Position numbers and translations under genes: made by a program. A stretch of DNA of 64,000 bases from Takakia lepidozioides (lineage: Eukaryota > Plantae > Bryophyta), in contig CM060731.1 in the NCBI GenBank assembly GCA_030704615.1, positions 8,246,001-8,310,000 on the forward strand. Reading direction: 5' to 3'. Positions 38,783 to 51,182 of this stretch are shown here, piece by piece (the stretch's first letter is position 1; each line of letters begins with the position of its first letter). The notes beneath the pieces were generated by a model. That model ran no database searches. It saw only the letters and a program-made list of their open reading frames with translations, and was not told the origin of the DNA.

Positions 38783-41133
38783 CATGGAGCCCAATATTTT
38801 CGATGAACTAGAAAGGGAAGTTGTTCCTGACGTCAATGTTGATATTGAGAGAGCTTTGGTGGAGTGCCATGTTGCGGAGGATGCTCATCATGCAGCCTCA
38901 TTTATATCAGCTCATCAAGCCTCGGCTGCAATGTCATCTTCCACAGTTTCGCCATCACACACGGTGTTGGATGTAGAGGCGCAACTCCCAGTACTTGAAA
39001 AACAACGAGATTTTTGGAAGCCCCACAATCGCACTGCTTCGACATGGGCATTCTATACAACAAAAGACTCTGCTCCAGTGGACATAACAAATCCACAACA
39101 AATGAGGTGTGTTCTATGTCATCCTGTTGGTGTCACTCCTGCAAGCAAGAAGGGCATTGTGACCTATAATAAAACCAATGGTATCTCTGCCCTTCGAAAG
39201 CATGTGGATCAAGAACATGACATTGTTTTGCGTAGGTGGATTGAGAGGGAAAATGAAGGACCTGAGAAGGCCCGTAGGCCAGCAAAAAAGAGGCCCGGCC
39301 CCACTCCTGGAAACATAGCTTCTTTTTTTGGGAGCTCCACTCCATACAACCAAAATGATGATCAATAAAAGCAGTTCAATGAGGATTTAGTCTTGTTCAT
39401 TGCAAAGGAGTCGGTTCCACTGTCTTTGGTAGAATCCCCTTGGCTAAGAAGGATGGTGTTGAGGCAAAATCCTCGGATTGATTTCCCTTCTCGACAGACA
39501 TTTGTCAATGAGGCCATTCCAATCTTAGCAAAGAAGACGAAAGAGCGCTACATGTCCCCATCTCTTCAGAGTTGTGCTACTTGCTCCGTGAGTTTTGATT
39601 TGTGGATGTCAAGAGAGGGAACTGACACTTTTGTCATCATAGCGCACTTTATTAATGAACAGTGGGAGCAATGTCATGTGACTCTTGGCATGTTTGAGAC
39701 ACCTGACACATCTGGGGCTGCCATGGCACATCAAGTCAACAATCTTCTTGTGAAGTATGGCCTCAATACTCGCATTATTGCTTACGTCAAAGATGAGGGA
39801 GGTAACTTGGCCACTTTGACCAATGCTTTGAATTCGGTGGTCTCATGTGCGTGTTTGGGGTTGGATTCTCCATTTGTGGGTAGCTGTTTTGGGCATGCAA
39901 GGTCCAAGTGTTGCCAGTATGCAACAAATGATGCAAAAGTATGCACAGATATGAGATCGGTTTCTATAAAAAATGCCTAATCAGAGTTGCAAAAAACCAT
40001 TACTTGGACAAAAAAAAGTGGCAAAGGGAGACAAGAATGGGCAAAGGCATGTGTGGACAACGGCATTCATCCCCACAAACTGAAGACTCCGGTGAAGACA
40101 CGGTTTGCTTCCAAGGTGATCCTCTTCCAAGAGACTTTGGAGTTTATGCAAGCTATAATCACTTGTTACTCTAGGCAAACCTCATTGGCACTGCAGTCTC
40201 GCATACCAAGTCCATAAGTGTGGGCCATTGCCCAATCAATTGCTACAGTTCTAGGGCCTGTGGTTCATGAGTGCATTATGAATCAATCTGGGGGATTTTG
40301 GCTGTTGTCCGATGCTCTTAATGCAGCCATTGGCACAACAATTCGCATGCGAGGATGTAGTGCTCCCAGGGTTGCAACTGTGGATCATTGCATGGGGGAT
40401 TTCTCAACAGAGTTGACATTGTTGGAATGGCGGATGGCTCGTGAGGTGGTATATGTCTTGGAACCATTTCTTTCTTTTTTGGAAGGGTTTCAATCGCGCA
40501 AAGCTCACAATATGCTCGCGCTTATGCTTGACCCACGTTACAAGGGGTTGTCATTGGTATCACAATATGTGGGCAAAGAGCGTGCTTTGCATATTGTGTC
40601 CCAATATGATAGCATGGTGTTAGAGCCTCTTTTGATAAAGTGTTTCAAGGTCTTACATCCGGATACTCCGGCCCAATCACAGCCCACTTCCACAAATGGA
40701 CGAGATGTCCTTATTTGGTGTGCATGACCACAATGAAGACATGACATTGACAGTAGTGAGAGAACAACTATCACATTTCATAAGGACGAAGATAATTGAG
40801 GGTGAGTACGTGGCTCCTTTGAAATGGTAGAAAGAACACGAGTCTCTCTTTCCGTATGTGGGATTTTTGGCACGGCTAATCTTGGGCATAGTTGGATCTC
40901 AGATTGAAGCTGAGAGGGTTTTTAGTATTGCATGTGTCATAACAAACTTGAGACGGTGCAGGTTAAATATTGAAAACCTTGATATGCTTGTGAGTGTAGT
41001 CAAGAATTGGCCAAATGATGCTAGAGTTGGTTGCTTTAGTACTTCCATGAAAGAGTTTTTGGATAGGGAAGAAGTCCTCTTAGATGAGAATGAGGACTTG
41101 ATTGCAGAGGCAAACCTCTTTGAGGTAGAATGA
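38783..41133 (+). pseudogene. hAT transposase with BED zinc finger and C-terminal dimerisation domain
   Basis: WAFY..RCVLC...LRKHVDQEH (BED), SVSFDLWMS, YVKDEGGNL, CFGH, LMLDPRYK and GIVGSQIEAERVFSIA. Stops at 39366, 39978, 40215 and 40828, and a frameshift near 40710. Confidence 0.95.
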
Positions 41134-42281
41134 TTTGTCTTAGAGACAAATTATTGTTCAACATATTACACTATACTCCTTTGATTGGAGTTTGTTTATT
41201 TGTCATTTTTATTGAAAATTTCAGTGACATCCCGTGTACTTAGTTTGTTGTATGCTATATTGACAAAGCATCATCCAAAACACATAAATTTATGTAGTTT
41301 TTTTTAGTTGTGCTTTTGCTGCACCATAAAAGGTAACCATAGAATTACACATGTTTAATTTGTTTTGTATTTTGAATTAAGATCCTTACGTAGTTAGTTA
41401 GTTTTAGTTGTTCTTTGCTACACCGTACGAAAACTTATAAAATCTCTGGTTTTCCGTTTTTAATGGAGACCATGCGTATTTAACTAGTTATATATACCAT
41501 AAAAGACAATCACAAAAAACATATAAGTTTATTTACTTCTGTTTTACTAATAAATTCCCTGGTTTTAGTTGAAAATTCTCAGTATGACCAATCAGATCAG
41601 TTCATCTAATTTTCCAGAAGAATAAAAAAATTAAAAGAATTTAAATATATTTTTTAAAAAGAACCGGAACCTAACCGGGAACCGGTGGTTTTTTTCCAGC
41701 AACTAACCAGTAACCGGAACCGCCCCCATGTTAAAAAGTCAGAACCTGAACCGGACCGGAACCGCCTTAATAAAAAATATTCGGATCCGGAACCGTCTCT
41801 TCAAAAATTTGTGGAACCGGAACCGAAGGTTCCTTCACAAAGGCAAGAACCGCCCAACATTGGTATTGCCCCCTTCCGCTGAGGTTATTTGAAGTCAAGT
41901 ACCCGGCTGCTGGGGGGCCTTGGGCCAAGGATCGAGATTTGTTTTGTGAAGGGATTTGAAGGTTCATCCCGGCTATAAGCGTGTTGGGAGTCTAGGCATG
42001 TAGGAAGTAGTAATAAACAAAGACTTGGAAGGCAATTACGATTTAAGACGTAGAAAACCCTATAAACAAAACGTAGGACTAGGAAACGCAAATCGCCCTA
42101 TGAAGTAGAGTTGTTAAGCTTTGCTTTGCCGGTAGGAATTAGACTATCTAGATCCGTCCATAACTACCACGGACCCCTGCACTTACCGCAGCCGGGTAGG
42201 CGGTTCGTTGAGCCCAACCTACACCGCAACTTGCCACGACCCCCTAGGCTCACCCTGGCCGCGCGCGATCAGGGCTCGTCA

Positions 42282-45200
42282 TCCCGTCCCGGTTTGTACT
42301 GGATATCCACGTCAAACACTGCCAAAGTGTCTTGCCACCTAATTTGTTTTGGGAACAACTTAGGTTGCGTGGCAAAATACTTCACTGTGACATTTTCCGT
42401 GCATACCTTCACTGGGTTGGAACCAATGTAGTGGCGCCAAAGTTCAAGGCAATGCACCACCGCCTTCATTTTTTTCTCGTGCGTAGGCCACCGTCGCTCC
42501 ACTTCATTCAGTTTCTTACTTTCGTAAGCCACTGGACGTCCATCCTGCATGAGTACAACCCCAATTGCAAAGTCCGACGCATCTATATGAATCTCGAATG
42601 GACGGTCGAACTCCGGGATTTTCAAGACATGAGCTTCCACCATCCGCTGCTTCAACTCGACAAAAGGTTGGCCACAAAAGGTGTTTCATACCCATACTTT
42701 GGATTTACATAGAAGGTCTGACAACGGCCCCGCGATCTTGGCGAAATTTCTCACATACTTGGTAATAGGAGGCAAGTCCTAGGAAGGATCACACTCCCGG
42801 GACCGAAGTCAGAGGCTCCCAGTCCAAGATCGCTCTCACCTTTCTGTCATCCATTTTGATCCTATCATGTGTAATCACATGCCCTAGGAACTCCACTTTT
42901 GTGACCCCGAATTCGCACTTTGAAGCTTTGGCATACAGCTTCCCTTCCCGCAATTTCTGGAACACCCTTTTTAGGTGCTCCAGGTGCTCTTCCTTTGTTT
43001 TCGAATACACCAAGATGTCGTCAATGTACACGATCACAAAGTCATCCAACCACTCCTGGAAGAGGCTGTTCATTAGCGTGCTAAAGGTCGCGGGTGCATT
43101 GGTGAGCCCAAAAGGCATCACCAATAACTCATATGAACCATATCTTGTCCTGCACGCGGTCTTCTCCTCATCTCCTTCCGCCACTCGGATCTGATGGTAG
43201 CCAGAGCACAAATCGATCGGCTGAAATACTTCGCTCCTGCCAACCGATCGAAGAGGTCGTCGATCCTTGGCAAAGGGTACCGGTTCTTGATAGTCACCTT
43301 ATTCAAAGCCTTGTAATCGACACACATCCGCAGCGTCCCATCCTTCTTGTCTGCGAATAGCACCGAGGCTCCGTAAGGTGACTTACTCGGTTGGATGTAC
43401 CCCTTTGACATTAGATCCTTGAGCTGAGCCTTCAGCTCGACCAACTCTCTGTGGCTTAACTGGTAGGGTGCCTTGGCAGGCGGCTCCGATCCCGGTATCA
43501 CCTCAATCTTGTGGTCAATTCCTCTTCGCGGTGGCAAGCCGCTTGGTAAATCCTCCGGCATCACATCCTGGTATTTCTCCAAAATCCCCTTGATCCAATC
43601 TGGGCTCGGCTCCTATCGCCTTCTCCCTTCACTTGTCTTACATAAAGCAAAAACTCGGGCTCGTGTGGCTCCTCCACGGCCCACTCCTTTGCTAATAGCA
43701 GGTTTATTCGCCCTCCCACTGGGTTGGGCGTTTTCAACACTCGTAAAACTTCGCCACCATTCCCACACGGTAGCGTGACTACTCTCTTGCGGCCATCTAT
43801 GACCGCTCCGGATTTGCTCAAAAAGGTCATCCCCAAAATGAGATCCACTCCATCGATCTCGCAAATGGTGAAGTTCTCACGTCCCTCCCAACTTCCCAGT
43901 TGAAGAGGAACATCAAACGCCAACCTTGTCGCCCGTTGTGGTTTTCCTTTGGCCGAACGCACTTCAATGGAGGCCCCCACCTCACTTGTCGAGAGCCTCA
44001 GCTTCCGTGCAGTTGCCGGTGTCATGAAGGAGTGCGACGCTCCTGTGTCCACCAACAACGACACGTTAGTTCCGGAGATTATCCCACTCATGAACATTAA
44101 CTGACTCCCTTTACACAAGGCGCCAATTTCCTGATACAACTCACAAGAGTAGTTGCCTACCTTGCAAGTCTTGGCGACCACCGCCTCCACCAAGCGGCTA
44201 ATGGAATATTCGGACAGCTCCGTGGCCGCCCGAGTCATGTTCAATTGTTGGGGTTTCGTACACTTCTTGGCCATGTGCCCGGGCTCCCCGCAATTAAAGC
44301 ACACTCCATCGAAGATCACCTTCTGTCCGCCATAAGCCGCCGCACCTGATTTTCCTTGTGAAGGCCCTCCCTTCGATTTCCACGTGCCATTGTCGCCGCG
44401 TGGCCTATCCCACTTCTTTTCCGGTCGGAAGGAGTCACTCTCCCGCCGGGTCTTCTTGTGGTTCAGCTCCGTATGGCCTTGTCTTTCGCCCCTAGGGACA
44501 TCCGAGAAACATTCAGCCCTCTCAATTGCCTCGTTTAAAGTCTTAGGTGGCTTCTCCTCCAACTTCCGCCTGGCCCACGGGGCTAGTCCCGCCACAAAGT
44601 TGAAGACCATTTCTGGTTCTGCCATGTCCGCGATTTCGAGCAACAACACATTGAAAGCCTGAACATATCCCCGAATGTCATCCGTTTGCTTCAAATTCCT
44701 CATCTTGTCACGGGCGAGCCAGGACGCGTTGAGGGGCACAAACTGTCTCTTCATAAATTCCTTGAACCCACTCCAGTTCAAGGTTTTCGGGCTTGACTTC
44801 GGTCATGAAGGCGTTTCTCCCACCATTGTTGAGCATAGCCCCTCAAATAGGTGGGAGCCACTTCCACCCGATCCTCGTCACTCAACTTGGCCGCCCGAAA
44901 GTACTGCTCTAGCTCCAAGAGCCAGGTGTTGAGTGCCTTCCGATTTCGGACGCCCTCGAAGGTGTCGGGTTCCTTAGGCTTCACCTTAAACTTTTCCTTA
45001 GTGGAAATGGCATTAGCCGCCTTCAACATGTCTTTCAAAGTCCCGCCAAACTGCGCACCAACAATCCTTCCCAAAAGGCTGCTGGCATGGGAGACATCTG
45101 TTGGTCTGGCGGAGCCTCCGGGAGGTCCTCGGGCTCCGACTTCCAAGATTCCTCCCGTTCTTGAGCGGCCTCGCTTTCAAAAGCCTGAATCGCCTCGTCA

Positions 45201-45295
45201 AATTGCCGCTTCGGTGACACGTCGCCCCCTTCGGGTTCACCAGGATCATCATCTTTCGGGCCGTTCCGCTTTCGCTTTGGCTTGCCCGACCCCAT
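42282..45295 (-). pseudogene. gag-pol: Element A gag-PR-RT-RNase H (inverted segment)
   Basis: [66 protein letters not shown] and DIQYKPGR. The frame continues at 48780 on the + strand as DNVVVNALSR. Confidence 0.95.
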
Positions 45296-45336
45296 GATGA
45301 GGCCGATCTCAAGGACGATCACATACTGAACTCTAA

Positions 45337-45348
45337 GCTCTGATACAA
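45337..45348 (-). promoter_or_regulatory. Element A PBS (tRNA-iMet, one mismatch)
   Basis: Minus strand reads TTGTATCAGAGC versus canonical TGGTATCAGAGC, 2 nt after the LTR end ...CGCGACA. Confidence 0.9.
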
Positions 45349-45350
45349 AG

Positions 45351-45454
45351 TGTCGCGTACCTTGCTTCGGTAAGCTCCCCTTCAAGTCATAGTTATTCGC
45401 TTTTATGTGCGCGCCTAACTCCCAAACTGGCCGCCGGGCCAACTTGGAGCTTCG
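45351..45454 (-). repeat. Element A 5' LTR, part 2 (inverted)
   Basis: Reverse complement matches 51805-51908. Confidence 0.95.
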
Positions 45455-45459
45455 GCTGC

Positions 45460-48400
45460 TGACGAGCCCTGGTCGCGCGCGGCCAAGGTGATGGCATACT
45501 AGCCTAGGGGGTTGTGGCAAGTTGCGGTGTAGGTTGGGCTCAACGAACCGCCTACCCGGCTACGGTAAGTGTAGGGGTTCGTGGCAGTTATGGACGGATC
45601 TAGATAGTCTAATTCCTACCGGCAAAGCAAAGCTTAACAACTCTACTTCACAGGGCGATTTGCGTTTCCTAGTCCTACGTTTTGTTTATGGGTTTTCTAC
45701 GTCTTAAATCGTAATTGCCTTCCAAGTCTTTGTTTATTACTACTTCCTACATGCCTGGACTCCCAACACGCTTATAGCCGGGACGAACCTTCAAATCCCT
45801 TCACAAAACGAATCCCGAGCCCGGGGAGGCGGATATCATCTATCTCCCGCCCAATGCCCTTCCCTAAATCCCGGGGTGGATGAGTGTCCTACCTCCTAGG
45901 AAGGGACCGGATCCGCTTTCCCAAGCCAGTCTCTCCTGCTTAGAGCGATCCCAAAATGTCACCTCAATGGTCAGTCCATCGGGTGAATGATAATAATTCA
46001 ACCTCCAAGTAATCCCCGAGGTCTAATAACAATGGCATTTCCTTGGCCCAAGCCCCCCCCAGCGGCCGGGTACTTGACTTCAAATAACCTCGGCGGAAGG
46101 GGGGCAATACCACCCTTTCAACTTGCGTTTCGAAGTTAAGGGGGTCCGGATAAAACCCCTTAATAGAGGCGAATTACCCTGCTAAATAATAAAGACAAAT
46201 CATTAAAATATTCCTACAAATTCATGAAATTCGTAGAAATAGAGAATCATCGCAGGATGCTGGAGCTAACTAAATTACCCTCAAGATACCAGGGGAACAT
46301 CTTGGGAATGCCCTTTTATGCCGGGAGCATTGGGGAACCGCTCTCCACTTGGGAGCGCCCCTAAATTCCTACACCAAACCACTCAAGAGCGTATTAGCAA
46401 CTTAAACCATCACCGGGCCAGGATGAATGAAATGTGTCGCCCAACAATTTCTCATCTGTTTGCCACCCTGGTGTGCAAACAATGATTAAACAATCAGTGG
46501 GTCCCAGGGTCCATTCCATGCGCCTCTTCCACCTACTTCCAATATAATCTGATTACTTTATGCAGGCAACCAGCCTAGAACGAAGTTGAAACATGTCATC
46601 TTCTACCTTGTGAAACCCCAGCATGGATTCTCTCCTCCCTGTCTCTGGGCTCTCCCTCTCTGCCTGTGGCATCTACCCGTGAGCCGTGCTTTCATAAACC
46701 TCGGAATACATATCAAACTGATGGCCTCGCCGGGGCCTATCCAATGGTTCTAGCCATCTCTTATCCTTGGCTAAAACACGTCCTTATTCTCATGCAAGAA
46801 GAATACTATGAATAGTGCACAAGAAATCAAAGGCATACGGAGAAAAAAACCCGCCTTAAAATACCCATTCCAGGGACTATCAGTCCCTGGCGGGGTCCGT
46901 CGAATTATCCAGTTGTTAAGACTGATACCCGCGGCCAGCGCTACGTGGCGCGGCGTGGCTGGCCTGTCGCCGGTGCAGGTCCAGCGGATAATAGGCAGGC
47001 TCCGTCGTCTCTGCCGCTTGTGTCGTACCTGCGCCATCTCAGCTATGGCGCCTGGTGCTGCCACGCAGTACCCCAGTGAGCGTACTTTGCTCCAGGGGTC
47101 AACTCTTCCCACGGGGGCAAGCCGCGCAATCTGCGTTAGAGACGTCACTCCATGGCGATTCTAGGCAACCTCCTTGTTGACCTCCAACCCAAAGGCGCCT
47201 AAGGCGCCAGCACTTAAGTGCTGGGATCTACCCTTTTTAGCTCTACAAAATAGCTTAACCACTTATAAGTTAGTTAGCAACGCCTCCAATGGTCCTCTAT
47301 GGCCAGGGGGCTTATGAATCATAGATATGATCTTAATAATATGGAAATTTTGGCGATAGCTTCGCCATCTCATGCAATATGGCCGTCACCACTAAGCTAG
47401 AAAGGGAAATTTGACAAGAGCTTCGTCACTTCATGCAAGCCCACCCTCTCTTCAAACATAATGACGTAATTGGGTTAGATTCTTAAGGCCCTGTCTCCTG
47501 GGGCTTCACACCTGTGCTCTTCACACATGTACATAGAGATGCACACACATCATCTTGAAAGAGGGTTAATTTTTATAGATTTTTAGCAAACAATGCTTAT
47601 AAGGTCCTTTATTTGGACAAAGCTTGAACAACAAATGAAATGAATGAATTCAAAGGTCAAGAATGTATGGTAAGTCACCCTCCGAAACAAGTGGTGTTTG
47701 GGATGCACTAATTCGCTCGGTAGAATGGTACTCAAGCTTGGTCCTCCTCCAGCACTCATACTCGTCCTCAAGTCTCCCACTTCATGGAGCGCTTCCTCTA
47801 CTTCTTGCCTCAAATGGCCACAAGGCCTTGAGCTAGGACTATCCTGCTCTCAATATGCTTGCTTCTAATACTAGAGAGCCACAAGCTCAACTCTCTATGA
47901 ACTAGCTCCCTCAAGCAGAAATGGGGCTAGATTCCAACTCTAGCTCCCATGAAATAAACAAGCAACAAACAAGGAAAATGAAAGCACAAGTCCACAAGCA
48001 AGGGGGCCTTGCCTCTCTTATATACTACTTTGGTGCTAATAAAATAATAGAAAATAATTATTAAAATAATGAATAATAATAATAGTTTAGTCAAATCTAT
48101 TGGGCTCATTCATGAGGGTCCTATTTGATCGACGGTCACGATCGCCTCTCCCAATTGTTTAAAAAGTTTGTATTTTAATCCAGTTTATTGGAAAACTTAT
48201 TGACCAAGCAAGAACAAATAATAAAATATGAGCCCTGGATGGATTTCATCCAACAAATAGTTTTTTCATCCCACTAGAACGTATTTCATCCAGTAGATGA
48301 ATTTCATCCAATAGGATGAATAATTGTTGATGTTGCCGCTGGATGGATGAAGTTCTCCGCTCATCCTCCAATTTTTCTTAAATAAGTTTTTTAAAAATAG

Positions 48401-48779
48401 GTCACCGTGAGTGCTCTTTGCCTCGTAATTCGGTGCCGCTACAAACCTTAACCGAAAATTCCCAAATTTTGTGGATAATTTAGGTAAGGCCCTCTTGACG
48501 TCTCGGTAAATCCTCGGGTTAATCAGAGCCTTCGAACTCCATTTTGTCGACGTACTCTTTGCGTCCCGTCGCTCCGAAAGACGACAGCTTCCGTGGAGTA
48601 TCAAACTTGGTGGTGCTTCTCCGGATCTTCGACCGTGCCACTGACTCTCCGATTGCGGGAGGCATCTCCTTCTTAAAATGTTTCCACTTTTCCTAGTTTT
48701 GGCACCATAATGGCGAAACTGCCTTCATAATGAATAAAAACCATCGAAAAATAAATATGTGTCTAAATATGCATCTACA
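45460..48779 (-). mobile_element. Solo LTR related to element B, in opposite orientation (recombinant)
   Basis: Minus strand reads TGTAGATGCAT...GGGCTCGTCA. TSD GGGGA at 48780-48784 pairs with CGGGA (TCCCG at 42282-42286). The 5' about 0.85 kb is divergent from B's LTRs. Confidence 0.92.
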
Positions 48780-50278
48780 GGGGACAATGTGGTGGTCAAT
48801 GCTTTAAGTAGAAAGCAGCAGCTCATGTTGGTGTACATGGGCGAGACGACACTCCAAAGGAAGATCCGGAAGGCTTACCGGAAGGATGAGATGACGAAGT
48901 CCATGATGTGGGACTTGAGGATGAAGGTTAAATTGTAGTTCCACTTGCAAAATGGACTGCTCCGGTACAAGCAAAAGCGTCTCTACGTGCCGAAAGGAGA
49001 TATCAGAGATAGTCTCTTGAGAGAATGCCATGCTGGCCCGCTTGCGGGCCACAGCGGAGCCAAACGCACCGCAATACTCTTGAAGAAAGAGTATTTCTGG
49101 CCCAAACTGAGGGAAGAGGCCGAGGAGTATGTCAAGACATGCAACACATGCCAACAAAACCGGAGCGAGTACAAAAAGCAAGCGGGGCTGTTACAACCCT
49201 TGCCGATTCCAGAGGGCTCTTGGGAAAGTGTCTCGATGGATTTCATGACTGCTATGCCGCTGTCAAAAGGATTTGATGCAATCATGGTGGTGGTGGATAG
49301 GTTCAGTAAAATGGGTCATTTCATCTCCACCAAGGAGACGACAACGACGCAGGAGATGGGGCGACTTTACTTCACCCACGTCTTCAAGCATCATGGACTC
49401 CCGAAAGATATTGTCTCGGACCGCGATCCAAAGTTTACAAGTAAATTTTGGAGGGCACTTTGGAAGCTCAAGATGACCACCGCCTTCCGACCTACGACAG
49501 ACGGCCAAACGGAAAGGGTGAATTCCGTGGTGAAGTAGATCTTGCGGAATTACGTGTCGGCAGACCAATCAGACTGGGTGGAGCACTTGGATGCGGCAGA
49601 GTTCTGTTATAATAACACAAAACACTCCGCAACGGGAGTTTCCCCTTTCGTATTGGTCTATGGAAAAACACCTCTGGTGCCGACAAGTTGGGCCACCCAG
49701 GATGTTGAGGAACCGGCAGCAGTAGCGGTGCTAGAAGAACGCGAGCGTTTGTTGAAACTCGCAAAGTACAATATTGTCAAAGCTAGGAAATGGTATAAAC
49801 GACAGGCGAATCGGAAGCGGAGGGAAGTTAAGTTTGAGGCAGACACGGAGGTCTGGTTGATCATCAAGAATTTTCGACTACCTCCGGAAGTGAGTCCGAA
49901 ATTCGTACCTCCGTATGCGGGACTTGGAAGGTTATGAATGAGGATGTGTATAAATTGGAGCTGCCGGCAAACAGCAAGGTGCATCCGGTATTCCACGTCT
50001 CTCTTTTGAAGCCTTACTTCAAAGATGAAGCGTTGCCGAATCGGCATCAAGTGTTGCGTCCGCCACCTGTGCTATTGGATCATGAAAATGAACCTGAGTA
50101 CGAGGTGGAGGCAGTGCTTAAGTCGAGGAGGTTCAAGAATCAAGAAACGGAGTATCTCGTGAAATGGAAGGGCTATCATCATGTGGAGACATCTTGGGTG
50201 CGTGCCTCAGAAATGATAAACGCATCCGAGGCGGTTGCAGCTTTCGAAGGGCGACCTCAAAAGCGGAAGAAGCGTTGA
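48780..50278 (+). pseudogene. Element A integrase plus chromodomain
   Basis: ECHAGPLAGH..CNTCQ, WESVSMDF, VSDRDPKF, DGQTERVN, VHPVFHVSLLK and YEVEAVLKSR...EYLVKWKGY...SW. Confidence 0.95.
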
Positions 50279-51170
50279 TGGGGACATCAACCTTGGATCG
50301 TGGGGGAGGAAATGCATGCTTAGCCCGGTTTAGCTAGCTCAGGAATCCGATTGCAAAAACTTGTGTTGTACAAATTTTGTTATAAATGAAATGGTTTCCA
50401 AATGTTGTGTATCCTATTTTGTTTGGAATGGCGATGCATGGTATGGTTGGCTAGTGTGTAGAATGCATGCTAGCTTACAAAAGTGGGAGAGGTAAATTGG
50501 ATTAATCGTGTGTTTGCGTAGTGCCGAAATCGGGTGACTCCCATCCAAGGGGCAAGGAAACTTGCGCCTTCTTTGGGAGTTCACGTGCTAGTGCGCACCT
50601 GGTGCGTGCGCGTACTATAACTGCGCTACCGAGGGGGTTGCCTTGTAGTGCAGGCTAACGCGGAAGCTACGTGCTTCCATTCACGTACTATAATCGTGTA
50701 GCCTCGGGACGAAGTCGTAGTGCGGCTTTGGCATGTTCCCGTACCTCGGGCCAGCATTCTAAGGCGGACCCAATTGTAGTGATTGAGGCACACGGTTGGT
50801 TCAAGGTTATCTTCCTAGTCAAAAAGGGTTCAAGGTGAACCCTTGCTCAAGGTGATGCCAAAAGCGGCATCATGAGCGGTCGCAAGCAATGTTGTTGCAG
50901 TAAGGCGATTCGATCCTCGAGGAAGATCGTTCCTTGGCCTTGAAGTGGACCAAGAAGAGTGCACTGGGAGGAGCTTGAGAGGCTCCACCCTTGGCCGGGA
51001 CTTGGAGGAAGTTGGCCGAACTAGCTAGTGGAGAGTAGAGTCAAGTGGGGGTTTGGTTCTTTGCCATGGGATGCCATGGTACGGAAACAAACTCCTTGAT
51101 GTGGGACGCCACAACTTGGATGTTCGTTTCTACAAAATGGACAAGTCGATGAGGACATCGACTCCCTGTT

Positions 51171-51182
51171 GGTAGGGGTGTG
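51171..51182 (+). promoter_or_regulatory. PPT-like tract before element A 3' LTR
   Basis: GGTAGGGGTGTG immediately precedes TGTCGCGG. Confidence 0.65.

Larger units (their letters stand above)
36260..41862 (+). mobile_element. hAT DNA transposon
   Basis: TIRs CAGTGTTGGGCGGTT / AACCGCCCAACATTG. 8-bp TSD GTATTGCC at 36252-36259 and 41863-41870. Dense subterminal GAACCG/CGGTTC repeats at both ends. Confidence 0.97.
21226..42281 (+). mobile_element. Element B: non-chromoviral Ty3/gypsy retrotransposon with about 3.4-kb LTRs
   Basis: LTRs at 21226-24633 and 33382-42281 (the latter holds a hAT). Left TSD GCAGC at 21221-21225; its partner was relocated to 45455-45459 by inversion. gag-PR-RT-RH-INT, with no chromodomain seen. 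Confidence 0.93.
33382..42281 (+). repeat. Element B 3' LTR (33382-36259 and 41863-42281), interrupted by the hAT
   Basis: Starts TGTAGATGCAT and ends GGGCTCGTCA. Lacks about 230 bp present in the other two LTR copies. Confidence 0.95.

Noticed and set aside
45455-45475. Hammerhead ribozyme core (CTGACGA)
   Set aside because: It is the junction of a TSD and an LTR end, and lacks the stems and GAAA partner.
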